Assembly (NCBI GenBank): GCA_031400975.1
Contig: JANNQX010000147.1
Coordinates: forward strand, 393-64,392
DNA: 64,000 bases
Direction of reading: 5' to 3'
From: Gemmatimonadota bacterium
GTDB lineage: Bacteria > Gemmatimonadota > Gemmatimonadetes > Gemmatimonadales > GWC2-71-9
The notes under the pieces were generated by a model. It was not told where the DNA came from, did not search any database, and saw nothing but the letters and a program-made list of their open reading frames with translations. Shown piece by piece: positions 1 to 9,228 of this stretch. Position 1 is the stretch's first letter. Each line of letters opens with the position of its first letter. The position numbers and the translations under genes are program-made.

Positions 1-963
1 CGCGACCTGGCGTTGGCCTCCCGTCCTGAGGAAACGCTCCAGATCCTAGCGCGGGAAGTGGCTCGCTCGCTCGACGCGGCCCATTGCGCGGTGATCTTCT
101 CGCTCGACTCGGGCCGGGGCCGGGTGATCGCCGTGGCGGAGCGGCCCGAGGTTCGAAACCTCGAGATCGATCTGGCGGACTATCCCGAAGTGCAGCACGC
201 CGCCGCCACCGGACAGACCACATTTGTTCCTGAAGCCAGCCAGCATCCCTTGTTCGGCAGGAGCGATCGCAAGGGGTGGAGCGGCCCGAGCGAGCCAACC
301 AGCGCCGTGGCGGTGCCGATCGTGTTTCAAGGGAAGAGCCTCGGATTCTTCGTCGTCCGGACGGCCCTGCCTCGCCCCAACCTGACGGCGGACGGTGTCG
401 CTTTCATCGAGACCTTGGTTGTGAACGCGACCCGGCTTCTTGAGCACGAGGACCGTCGGGCCACCTTGTACCGCCGGCAAGCGGGCACGGGTCTGGCCGA
501 GCCGTCGACCGGGGCCGGCGGGCTCGACGCGCTCGACCGGAGAGTTCGGGAGGAAATGCACCGGGCCGAACGCTACGGTCGCCGGTTCACCCTGATGCTA
601 GTCGACATTGATGGGCTGCGGTTCGTCAACGATCGGCATGGGGTCGAGGCGGGTGACCGGGTCTTGAGCGGGCTGGGCGGAGTACTCCACCGGGAACTCC
701 GATCGCCGGACTTCGTGGCGCGATACGGGGGTGACGAGTTCGCGGTGATCATGCCGGAGACTGGTGAGGCGGGGGCCATCGACACCCTGGCTCGGTTGCG
801 GCGGGCGATTGCGTCGCAACCGGTCGGTGCGGAGCCCGTGGCGGTGAGCGCGGGCTTCGTCTGCTACCCAGGTCCCGGGATTCTGACGTCTGAGGACCTG
901 TTCGCAAAGGCGGAGGCAGCGCTGCAAGCCGGGAAAGACCGTTCGTCGGGCGCCGCCGCTTAG
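1..963 (+). CDS. GAF + GGDEF diguanylate cyclase (5' truncated at window edge)
   Basis: Frame is open from base 1; GAF-like region; DIDGLRFVND..GD and RYGGDEF motifs; RSPD I-site five residues before GGDEF. Confidence 0.85.
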   Translation, partial: RDLALASRPEETLQILAREVARSLDAAHCAVIFSLDSGRGRVIAVAERPEVRNLEIDLADYPEVQHAAATGQTTFVPEASQHPLFGRSDRKGWSGPSEPTSAVAVPIVFQGKSLGFFVVRTALPRPNLTADGVAFIETLVVNATRLLEHEDRRATLYRRQAGTGLAEPSTGAGGLDALDRRVREEMHRAERYGRRFTLMLVDIDGLRFVNDRHGVEAGDRVLSGLGGVLHRELRSPDFVARYGGDEFAVIMPETGEAGAIDTLARLRRAIASQPVGAEPVAVSAGFVCYPGPGILTSEDLFAKAEAALQAGKDRSSGAAA

Positions 964-2174
964 CGGCGGCGGCGGAGCCAATCGGTCGGGTCCAACGCCA
1001 ATTGGTTGTCTCCCCGGATTTCGAAGTAGAGATGGGCGCCGTCGTCGGAGTTCTCACCACCAACCGACCCGAGCCGCTGCCCCTTGGTCACCGAATCGTT
1101 CACGTTCACGGTGGTGGCGGAGAGCTGCATGTAGAGTGAGAAATAGCCGCTGGGGTGTTCGACGATGATCGAGAGTCCATAGGTACCGAGGCGCTGAACG
1201 AGTACCACCCGACCGGCGGAGACGGCCGAGACGGCGGTGCCCGCTGCCGCAGCAATCGAAATGCCGTGGCGGGTGATCCGGCCCCCGCTCGCCAGGGTAT
1301 CGAGTCCGAAGTTGTGAAGGATCCGGCCCTGAACCGGCCAGTCGAGTGTGCCGAGGTCTGCGGTCGAAGTCGTCGCGGAACGAGGGACGGGGGTGCCGCT
1401 GGTCGTCGGAGTGCGAGCGGGTCCCGCCCGCCGGTTTCGCTCGAGCCCCGCGAGCACATCGACCAGGTCTTCCTCGTTCTTGGCGAGCACGGAAAGCCGC
1501 CGCGCGGTTGATTGGGTGTTCTGGCGGAGCCGTCGAATCTGCGCCGTTCGGTCTTCCGCGAGGACCCGGTAGCTCTTCAGTTCGGCCTCTCGCTCTTCCC
1601 GCCGCCGATCAAGTTGGTCCTGGACGATGACCAGTTCGCCGCGTTGGGTCTGAATCCGGCTTCGGAGCCGTTCCACGTCCGAGAGGAGGGCGCGATCCTG
1701 GCGACTGGATAAGAACAGGTATTTATATCGGGACAACAGGTCGGAGAACGATTCGGCGGCCAAGAGAACCTGGAAGGTGTAGAGCGGCCCCCGCTTGTAG
1801 ATGTCGACCAACCTTCGCTCTAGCACGGCTCGGCGGTCGGCGAGGTTGTCCTCAGTCAGGGCGAGCTGGACGCTGGTATTCTCCAACTGGCCGCCGAGGC
1901 CGCCGATTTGGCGTTCGAGCTCATTGACGATCCGATTGGTCGATTCCCGTTGTCGTTCCAGGTTGTCGAGCTCCCGGCCGGCGTCGCGGACTTGGCCTTG
2001 GAGCCGCTCTTGGTCTTGGCGGAGCCGATCCCGTTCGGTGCGGATCTGTTCCAATCGCTGCCGGCTCTTCTCCAGTTCAGTCGGCTGTTGGCCGGCGAGG
2101 GTTCCGGGGCTTTGGAAGATCGAGCCGGCGACCGTGGCGACAACGAAGAGCCGGCGGCCAACTCGGCTACACAT
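960..2174 (-). CDS. envC: Murein hydrolase activator EnvC (coiled coil + degenerate M23/LytM)
   Basis: Long coiled coil, WPVQG...HLYFEIR M23 C-terminus with degenerate Zn ligands, directly downstream of ftsEX; ATG at 2174 overlaps the ftsX stop. Confidence 0.85.
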   Translation of the reverse strand: MCSRVGRRLFVVATVAGSIFQSPGTLAGQQPTELEKSRQRLEQIRTERDRLRQDQERLQGQVRDAGRELDNLERQRESTNRIVNELERQIGGLGGQLENTSVQLALTEDNLADRRAVLERRLVDIYKRGPLYTFQVLLAAESFSDLLSRYKYLFLSSRQDRALLSDVERLRSRIQTQRGELVIVQDQLDRRREEREAELKSYRVLAEDRTAQIRRLRQNTQSTARRLSVLAKNEEDLVDVLAGLERNRRAGPARTPTTSGTPVPRSATTSTADLGTLDWPVQGRILHNFGLDTLASGGRITRHGISIAAAAGTAVSAVSAGRVVLVQRLGTYGLSIIVEHPSGYFSLYMQLSATTVNVNDSVTKGQRLGSVGGENSDDGAHLYFEIRGDNQLALDPTDWLRRRR

Positions 2175-3042
2175 TCTTGAGGTGTCTCCCAACCGAGAGC
2201 AGGCTACCGCCCAGCCCAATCGCGGTGCCAAACACCACGATCAGGAGCATCTGGGTCGGTCCGAAAAACGCCAACGCGGCTCCGGTGTCGGTGGCGGTCC
2301 TGCGGAAGAGAGTGAGGGTGAGCCAACACATCGCGATCGCCAGAATGCCCCCCGTGACACCCTTGAGGGCGCCCTCGATCAGGAACGGTCCTCGAATGTA
2401 GGCGTTGGTGGCCCCGACCAGCCGCATAATGGAGATCTCTTTGGACCGCTGGAGGACGGTGATCCGGATCGTCACGCCGATGATGACGATCGCGACGGCC
2501 GCAAAAGCCAGCCCAATGACCGCGCCGACAGCGGCGGCCATGTTTCGAAGCCGGTCGAGCCGTTCGACCCAGTCGCGGCCATAGCGGACATCCTCGATGA
2601 ATGGGAACCCGCGAAGGCGTTCGGCCACGGCCTGGGCGTGCTCGGCGTCACGAAACGCGGGGCGAAGCCGAACCTCAAACGACGCCGGTAGCGGGTTGAC
2701 CTCCAGATCGCGGTAGGCCTCCTTGAACTCGACCAGCTCCCGGCGGGCTCGCGACAACGCCTGATCCGGACTGACGAACTTGAGGTCGAGAACTTCCGGA
2801 AAGGCCGAGATATCCTGGGTGGCCTGGCTAATCGTTTCGGTCGGTGTCCCGCGCAACACGAAGGCGACGACCTCGACCCGCTCGGCCAAGGTGGCCAGGG
2901 CCCGCTGGAAATTGAGGGCCACGAGCGCGAACAGACCGATCGTAAACAGAGAAAAGCCGATCGATGCGATGGACAGGCCGGACAGGAGCGGCGTTCGTTT
3001 GAACGTCATCATCGCTTCGCCGAACGGGGTTCGATGCCTCAT
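2167..3042 (-). CDS. ftsX: Cell division permease FtsX
   Basis: NPLPASF, VRYG, EISIMRLVGAT..YIRGPFLIEG motifs; 4 TM; follows ftsE. Confidence 0.93.
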   Translation of the reverse strand: MRHRTPFGEAMMTFKRTPLLSGLSIASIGFSLFTIGLFALVALNFQRALATLAERVEVVAFVLRGTPTETISQATQDISAFPEVLDLKFVSPDQALSRARRELVEFKEAYRDLEVNPLPASFEVRLRPAFRDAEHAQAVAERLRGFPFIEDVRYGRDWVERLDRLRNMAAAVGAVIGLAFAAVAIVIIGVTIRITVLQRSKEISIMRLVGATNAYIRGPFLIEGALKGVTGGILAIAMCWLTLTLFRRTATDTGAALAFFGPTQMLLIVVFGTAIGLGGSLLSVGRHLKNV

Positions 3043-3725
3043 CGGGTCGCTCCGTCCTCATCCACGCCACTGTCAAAGACGATCCGGCCGCTCCGCAGCT
3101 CGATCGTTCGGTAGCCGGTGTCGCGGACCAGTTCCATATTGTGGGTCGCCATGACCACCACCGTGCCGCCGGCGTTGATCTCCTGCAACAGCTGAAACAC
3201 GCCCCGAGTGGCACGTTCGTCGAGGTTGCCGGTTGGCTCGTCGGCGATCAAGATATGGGGATCGTTGACCAAGGCCCGCGCAATGGCGACACGCTGTTGC
3301 TCCCCGCCGGACAGTTCCTTTGGATAGGCCCGAGCCTTCGAGGCGAGGCCGACTTGAGTGAGGGCCCGCATGACCCGGTTGGCGATCGTCTCTCGCCGCG
3401 CGCCGGTCACTTCAAGGGCGAACCCGACGTTCTCTTCGACGGTATGGTATTCAAGCAAGCGGAAGTCCTGGAACACGATCCCGAGGCGGCGGCGGAGCCG
3501 AGGAATTTCGTGATGGGTGAGTTTGGCGATCTGATACCCGGATACCCGGACCTCGCCCTCGGACGGGCGTTGCTCGGCCAGGATGAGCGACAGGATCGAT
3601 GATTTGCCGGCCCCCGAGTGGCCGGTCAGAAAGACGAACTGGCCCTTGGGAATCTGGAAGGTGACGTCCTTGAGGCCGACGACGCCGTTGGGGTAGATCT
3701 TCGAAACCCGATTAAAGCGGATCAT
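3039..3725 (-). CDS. ftsE: Cell division ATP-binding protein FtsE
   Basis: Walker [34 protein letters not shown]. Confidence 0.95.
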   Translation of the reverse strand: MIRFNRVSKIYPNGVVGLKDVTFQIPKGQFVFLTGHSGAGKSSILSLILAEQRPSEGEVRVSGYQIAKLTHHEIPRLRRRLGIVFQDFRLLEYHTVEENVGFALEVTGARRETIANRVMRALTQVGLASKARAYPKELSGGEQQRVAIARALVNDPHILIADEPTGNLDERATRGVFQLLQEINAGGTVVVMATHNMELVRDTGYRTIELRSGRIVFDSGVDEDGATR

Positions 3726-4879
3726 AGTCCATCGAGCGCGTGGCGCAGGTCGTCGACAATGTCGTCGGTGTCTTCAATCCCGCAACTCAGTCGGACGAAA
3801 CCGTCGGGAATGCCCTGCTCCGCCCGTTGTTCGGGGGTGAGCGAGGCATGAGAGGTGATCCGGGGCTCCGACGCCAGGCTCTCCACCCCAGCGAGGCTCG
3901 GCGCGTGGGCGACGAGGCGGAGCCGCCGGAGGAACTTTTCGGCCGCCGGTGCGCCGCCTTTGATGACCAGGCCGATCATGCCCCCAAACCCGTCAAGGAC
4001 CCGAGCCGCGATGGCATGGTCGGGATGGGACGGCAATCCCGGATAGAGCACGGCGCCGACCTTGGCGTGGGTCTCCGCCCAGGTTGCGATCGCCATCCCG
4101 CTGCTGTTCTGCCGGGCAACGCGGAGGGCCAGGGTCTTCATGCCGCGATCGAGCATCCAGGCGGCATGCGAGTCGAGGCAGGGCCCCCACAACCGAGAGA
4201 GCCGGGTGACCTCGTCGACGACCGATTGGGTTCCAGCCACGACACCGGCGGTGACATCCGAGTGCCCGTTGAGCGATTTCGTGGCGCTGGTAATCACGAC
4301 ATCGGCACCATGTTCGAGCGGGCGGAAATTCACCGGCGAGGCGAACGTGCTGTCGACCAGCATGGCAAATCCATGCTCCTTGGTGATCGCCGCCACCGGC
4401 ACCGGGTCGACGACCCGCATGGTCGGATTGGTGGGCGATTCGAAGAAGATGGCTCGGGTCGTCTTTCGGATCGCCCGGCGCCACGCCCGAGGCTGGGTCG
4501 GCTCGACGTAGGTGACCGCGATGCCGAACCGGCCCAGTTCTTCGTCGAACAGCCGCCGGGTGCCGCCGTAAATCCATCGACTGGTAATCAGGTGGTCGCC
4601 GGGACGGAGGACGGCGAGGTGGGCCATTGCGGTCGCGGCCATTCCGCTGGAGACAAAGACCGCCGCTTCGGCGCCTTCGAGCAAGGCGTACTTCGCGGCC
4701 ACCGCTACCTGGTTGGGCGTGTTGCCATAGCGTTCATACTTCACGTCACCGGCGGCCCCAATGGCATTCACGTAGGTGGTGCTCTGATACATGGGCAGGA
4801 CCACCGGTTCGTCCGGTCGCCGGCGTTCGAGAGGACCGTGAACGGAGAGTGTGGAACGACCAGGGCGCGGTGTCGTCAT
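3722..4879 (-). CDS. PLP-dependent Cys/Met metabolism enzyme (cystathionine gamma-synthase/lyase family)
   Basis: YERYGNTPN, SSGMAA, FESPTNP, VDSTFASP, SATKSLNGHSD (PLP Lys), RLSCGIED; ATG at 4879 overlaps the upstream stop (ATGA). Confidence 0.9.
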   Translation of the reverse strand: MTTPRPGRSTLSVHGPLERRRPDEPVVLPMYQSTTYVNAIGAAGDVKYERYGNTPNQVAVAAKYALLEGAEAAVFVSSGMAATAMAHLAVLRPGDHLITSRWIYGGTRRLFDEELGRFGIAVTYVEPTQPRAWRRAIRKTTRAIFFESPTNPTMRVVDPVPVAAITKEHGFAMLVDSTFASPVNFRPLEHGADVVITSATKSLNGHSDVTAGVVAGTQSVVDEVTRLSRLWGPCLDSHAAWMLDRGMKTLALRVARQNSSGMAIATWAETHAKVGAVLYPGLPSHPDHAIAARVLDGFGGMIGLVIKGGAPAAEKFLRRLRLVAHAPSLAGVESLASEPRITSHASLTPEQRAEQGIPDGFVRLSCGIEDTDDIVDDLRHALDGL

Positions 4880-5418
4880 GTGAGGGGCAGGGGGCAGTAG
4901 GTTCCGGAGGCGGCCTGCACCATCCGGCGAAGCGCGAGCGACTGCAGGGCATCGGCGGCCCGTTCCAACGTCCAACCTAACGAATCGGCGACCCGGCCGG
5001 TGTCTCCGGCTCCGAGGGCGATGACCGCGCCGAAGGCCGCCATGAGGTCCGGGGTTCGCCAACCCAGGACCCGGGGGCTCTGGTCGCCGGCTACCATGGC
5101 GATGACGGTAAGCCGGTGGGTTTCCAGGACATGGTCGATCGCTTCACCTTGATCCTCGGAGACGTTGACCAGGACCACGAACCGGGGCCGCTCGAAGTCG
5201 GCGTTAAGCAACAGCCGGGCCACGATTTCGTCGGCGCAGCTGAAATCGAGCAGGCCGATGGCCCCGAAATCCAAGAGAGCGGTGGGGTAGGGACTGATCG
5301 CAATCTGGGCCTCGATCTGTTGCCGGACCGCCACCCCGGTGGGCCGGGTGACCAAGTCGGAGTACGGGGTGCTCACCGCCTCACGGAGCAACGGCGCCAG
5401 GTCAATTCGCTCCCTCAT
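4876..5418 (-). CDS. STAS-like domain + C-terminal winged-helix-like protein
   Basis: LLDFGAIGLLDFSCADEIV resembles the STAS D-S motif; C-terminal VADSLGWTLERAADALQSL helix-turn-helix; ATGA coupling to the upstream HATPase. Confidence 0.6.
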   Translation of the reverse strand: MRERIDLAPLLREAVSTPYSDLVTRPTGVAVRQQIEAQIAISPYPTALLDFGAIGLLDFSCADEIVARLLLNADFERPRFVVLVNVSEDQGEAIDHVLETHRLTVIAMVAGDQSPRVLGWRTPDLMAAFGAVIALGAGDTGRVADSLGWTLERAADALQSLALRRMVQAASGTYCPLPLT

Positions 5419-6317
5419 CGGGTCGGCGGCTCCTGGGCCGGAATAATGATCTGCAATTGTGACCCCGGGAAGAAGGGGAGGTGCTCCGCTAAGGGGACGT
5501 CGTCGTCCCACTCGGGGCGCACCGAGACCCGGGCGGTGCCGCTTCGGACCGAGATCTTTCCTTGCCAGCGGACCAAATATCGCTTGATGCCGGCCAGGCC
5601 CTGCCCCCGCCCGGCGTCGCGGAACCGGCTGACGCCATGGAGCAGCGCTGACTCGATCGCCGCCGCGTCGCCCCACCGGTCACCGACCTTCTTGGCCTCG
5701 CTGGCTTCGAGCGAACGGCGGAAGCCCACCCCCGCGTCGCTGACCGCGATGACGGCGACCTTGCGACCGAGGCGTCGTTTCCAGAAATAGGTTTGAACGG
5801 CCACCCACCCCCCAGTGCCGGCGTGCTCGACCACGTTCTGGCAGGCTTCCGAAAGAGCCATGGCAAATCCCATCGTGGCCTTGGCCTCGAGCTTGAGCTC
5901 CGAGGTCAGGATCCGCATGGCTCCCTCCTGAACCCGGCCGACCACCTCGTGGACGTCCGAGGCGGCCCGAATGGCCGTGACCGGCACGAGGACGTCGGAC
6001 GGGGCATCGCCGGCCCGCTTCGAGACCTTGCCGACCAGGTCGAAATACTCGGCGGCGTGATGGAAGAACCCGGTCCGGGTCCAGTAGCTGCGGGTGTCGT
6101 CGCCGTCAGGCACCGCGAGCCTCGGTGTTGGGGCGTTGAGCTCCTTCATGGCCTGGCCAAGCGTCAGCAACGCCGTTAGGCCAAAGGGGGAGGCCCACGT
6201 CGTGCTGCGGGCGTCGATCAGGAGCCGCTCGGACGGCGGCCAGCTTGACAGGCCCTGGGCCAAGGTATCAAGCCCGCGGTCATCGAGGCTGGCTGGCACT
6301 GGCACGACGTGGATCAT
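5415..6317 (-). CDS. STAS-like + HATPase_c (anti-sigma/serine kinase-like) ATP-binding protein
   Basis: N-box EACQNVVEHA, G1 DAGVG, G2 GRGQGL; no His-kinase H-box seen. Confidence 0.75.
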   Translation of the reverse strand: MIHVVPVPASLDDRGLDTLAQGLSSWPPSERLLIDARSTTWASPFGLTALLTLGQAMKELNAPTPRLAVPDGDDTRSYWTRTGFFHHAAEYFDLVGKVSKRAGDAPSDVLVPVTAIRAASDVHEVVGRVQEGAMRILTSELKLEAKATMGFAMALSEACQNVVEHAGTGGWVAVQTYFWKRRLGRKVAVIAVSDAGVGFRRSLEASEAKKVGDRWGDAAAIESALLHGVSRFRDAGRGQGLAGIKRYLVRWQGKISVRSGTARVSVRPEWDDDVPLAEHLPFFPGSQLQIIIPAQEPPTR

Positions 6318-7276
6318 AGAGTGAGCAACGACCCCCGGAGGTGGCGGTTTAAGGCGGAAGCGCCCCGAAACGTCGCGTTCCGGGCCGCCGCGGCATTGCC
6401 GGCGCCGACGGATCGTTCCAGCGATTCCCCTCGAAGCAAGTGGGCGAAGGTCGTGGACCCGAAGACGTCACCACACCCCGTGGGGTCGGCCGTCTCAACG
6501 GGAGCCCCAGCAATCCGGGCCGTCCGGACCGTGCCGCCGCCGGCCGCCGCCGGCCGCCGCCGATCGGCGAGCGATTCGAAACCGGGTGCCGCCACGTAGG
6601 CTGCGCCCCGGGGACCCAAAGTGACCAAGAGTGCCGACGCTCCGGCCCGGAGGACGTCGCTCGCGAGCCCCAATGGGTCGCCGGAGAGTTGGGCCATCTC
6701 GTCCTCGTTGACCTGCACGATATCGAAACATCGGAACCAGTTCGGCGCGTCCGGGAGTGGCTGGAGGCTTCGCAGTCCGTCGTGGCTCATCCCCAGGAGC
6801 AAGCTGTGGAGATCGGCGTAGATCGGTCCGGCGAACCCATCGCGCAAGGCGTTTGCGGTCCCAAGAGACATCTCGAATCCCGAGATGAAGTTGAGATACA
6901 CCGCGTCCAGGTCCATCACCAACGGGCCCAACTCGGCCCAGGTCCACCCCGGCACCCCACCGGACATCCGTTCGCAGCGGCGCTCGGCCGACTGGTACCG
7001 CAGGACCACCCGGTTATTGGGGGTCGGAACTTCGATGAATCGGGCGGTCGGGTTCCGGTGCGTCAGGGTCCGGAGAAATGACTCGGCGGGGCCGGCCAAG
7101 TCCCGTCCGACCTTGACCAGAGGGACGATTTCCCAGTCATCGCCTAACGCCGCATCAAACCCCGACAAGGCGTAGGCAATGCCCCCCCATTCTTCGGTGA
7201 CGGCGAATCCCGGGTCGCGACCGTGGATTTCGTCCCAGACCAGCGACCCGAGGACACCGAGTTTACGGGCTGGCAT
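6314..7276 (-). CDS. PfkB-family carbohydrate kinase
   Basis: GGIAY, QVNEDE, VTLGPRGA, DPTGCGDVF signature. Confidence 0.85.
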   Translation of the reverse strand: MPARKLGVLGSLVWDEIHGRDPGFAVTEEWGGIAYALSGFDAALGDDWEIVPLVKVGRDLAGPAESFLRTLTHRNPTARFIEVPTPNNRVVLRYQSAERRCERMSGGVPGWTWAELGPLVMDLDAVYLNFISGFEMSLGTANALRDGFAGPIYADLHSLLLGMSHDGLRSLQPLPDAPNWFRCFDIVQVNEDEMAQLSGDPLGLASDVLRAGASALLVTLGPRGAAYVAAPGFESLADRRRPAAAGGGTVRTARIAGAPVETADPTGCGDVFGSTTFAHLLRGESLERSVGAGNAAAARNATFRGASALNRHLRGSLLTL

Positions 7277-8231
7277 CGAGAAAGACCTTAGCCGCTCCGA
7301 CGACGCCGGCGGTTCCCGGCAACAGGCCCGGCACGATCCGGCAGGCGTCGACCGCGGGCCGGAACGCCCGACGGCTGACTTCCTGGCGGAGCGGGGTAAA
7401 GAGCCGGTCGCCCGCCTGGGTCACGCCTCCGCAGATCACGACGATCTCGGGGTTCAGAATATTGACCAGGTTGGCCACGCCGACTCCAAGATACTTCGCC
7501 GTGTCCTTGACGACTTCCAGAGCGAGGGGATCGCCAGTCCCGGCCGCGTGGTACACCGTTTGGGCGTTCACCTGATCGAGGGCGCCGCCGACCAACGAAC
7601 CGATCGACGACTCCATCCCAGCACGGATCGCTTCAACGGCACGACGAGCGATCGCGGGACCGGAGGCGTAGGCCTCGAGACAGCCATCGTTACCGCAGCC
7701 GCAGCGCCGGCCGTTGGCCACGATGGTCATGTGGCCGACCTCCGCAGCGGCGTCGGACGCGCCATGGAGTAGCTGGCCGTGCACCAGGATGCCACCGCCA
7801 ATGCCGGTGCCCAGGGTAACGGTGACGGCGTGCCGAGCGCCTTTGGCGGCCCCGACCCACCCCTCGCCGGCCATCGCACAGTTGGCGTCGTTGTCGAGCC
7901 ACGCCGGCAGGCCGAGGGCGGCGCCGATCCGATCCCGTACCGGCATGTTGATCCAACCGAGGTTGGGGGTCAGGACGACGACGCCGGTCTCCCGGTTGAG
8001 GGGGCCTGGCGATCCGATCCCAACACCATCGATCACGGCGGTGGGGTCGGTCTGGTGGGTTTCTTCGATGGTGGCCCGGCTCATCGCTACGATCCGGTCG
8101 AGCACGCTATCGGCCCCGAGGACGGCACCGGTGGCCTCGGTCCGAAGCCCGACGATCCGGCTCCCGTCAGTCACCACGGCGCCAACCACCAGATTGGTGC
8201 CCCCGATGTCCACTCCAATCACGTATCGCAC
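7263..8231 (-). CDS. ROK-family sugar kinase (glucokinase-like)
   Basis: GVDIGGT, DNDAN, LGTGIGGG, EVGH, CGCGNDGCLE; likely GTG start at 8231. Confidence 0.92.
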   Translation of the reverse strand: MRYVIGVDIGGTNLVVGAVVTDGSRIVGLRTEATGAVLGADSVLDRIVAMSRATIEETHQTDPTAVIDGVGIGSPGPLNRETGVVVLTPNLGWINMPVRDRIGAALGLPAWLDNDANCAMAGEGWVGAAKGARHAVTVTLGTGIGGGILVHGQLLHGASDAAAEVGHMTIVANGRRCGCGNDGCLEAYASGPAIARRAVEAIRAGMESSIGSLVGGALDQVNAQTVYHAAGTGDPLALEVVKDTAKYLGVGVANLVNILNPEIVVICGGVTQAGDRLFTPLRQEVSRRAFRPAVDACRIVPGLLPGTAGVVGAAKVFLDASP

Positions 8232-8233
8232 GG

Positions 8234-9226
8234 CTACCCGATCAGTTGCTGGATGGTGTCGCGAACCGTACTGGCCGGAATCTCGCCCATACAGCGGTGA
8301 TGACCAAGCGGGCAGGTGGCGGGCCCGTGGGCCGAGCACGGGCGACAGGGCAGATCCGACCGCTCGATGATAGCCGAGCGGGGGGCCCGGGGGCCAAATC
8401 CGAACCGGGGTACGGTCGGCCCAAAGATCGCCACGGTCGGGGTGCCGGTCGAACTCGCCAGGTGCAACGGAGCGGAATCGTTGGTGACCAGCACCCCGGC
8501 TCGTTCGAGGATCGCTGCCGAGATCCGAAGTGCCACCGTGCCGGCCGCGTTCGCGACCCGATCCGGGGCCGCGTCGAGCATGGCCTGAGCACCGGCTTGA
8601 TCGGCCGGCCCGCCGACCACCACGATGCGGCCCCTGAGCAGGCGGACTAGGTCTCCATACCCGGGCCACCTCTTGGTTCCCCAGATAGCGCCGGGGGCCA
8701 TGGCCACGAAGCCATCGCCGATCCCGCGAGAGGCAAGCCACGCATAGGCCGCGGCTCGGTCGTCCTCGGTCAACTCGATGTGGACCTGGGCCTTTGCTCC
8801 AGCTTGGGGCCGCGCCAAGGCCAGCAGCCGCTCCGCTTCGTGGCCGCTGGATGGTCGACGAATCCGCTCAGTGTACAGGAAAGCCCCCGCGCCATCCGCA
8901 AATCCGATTCGTACCGGGATCCCGGCGGTCCGGGCCAGGCTGGCCGACCGGAGCGATCGATGGGGTAAATAGGCCCGGGCGTAGTCCTTGAGCCGGAGGA
9001 GTCCGGCCAACCGCCACCAGGCCGAGAGCCCCCGATCCCGTCCGTGCTTGTCGTAGGTCAGGACGGCCCCGACCGCAGGATGGGTCGTGAGGAGCGGCTC
9101 GGCGGCCGGGGTGACCAACACATCGACCGGCCCGAACCGGGCCGCGAGGGCCGAGAGCAGGCCGGTCGTCAACACTACGTCGCCAAGGAACGCGGTCTGA
9201 ATCACCAAGGTGCCGCCGGCCGCCAT
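8234..9226 (-). CDS. waaF: LPS heptosyltransferase II-like (GT9)
   Basis: IQTAFLGDVVL, APGAIWGTKRW, TNDSAPLHLA, FGPT, CRPC..C..GHHRCM. Confidence 0.8.
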   Translation of the reverse strand: MAAGGTLVIQTAFLGDVVLTTGLLSALAARFGPVDVLVTPAAEPLLTTHPAVGAVLTYDKHGRDRGLSAWWRLAGLLRLKDYARAYLPHRSLRSASLARTAGIPVRIGFADGAGAFLYTERIRRPSSGHEAERLLALARPQAGAKAQVHIELTEDDRAAAYAWLASRGIGDGFVAMAPGAIWGTKRWPGYGDLVRLLRGRIVVVGGPADQAGAQAMLDAAPDRVANAAGTVALRISAAILERAGVLVTNDSAPLHLASSTGTPTVAIFGPTVPRFGFGPRAPRSAIIERSDLPCRPCSAHGPATCPLGHHRCMGEIPASTVRDTIQQLIG

Positions 9227-9228
9227 CG

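Noticed and set aside
1-963. Diguanylate cyclase as regulator of the CIS
   Set aside because: Distant, in core-genome context, and no c-di-GMP riboswitch or receptor was recognised in the CIS region.
960-1320. EnvC M23 domain lacking Zn ligands as a possible pseudogene
   Set aside because: A degenerate LytM site is the normal state of EnvC amidase activators.
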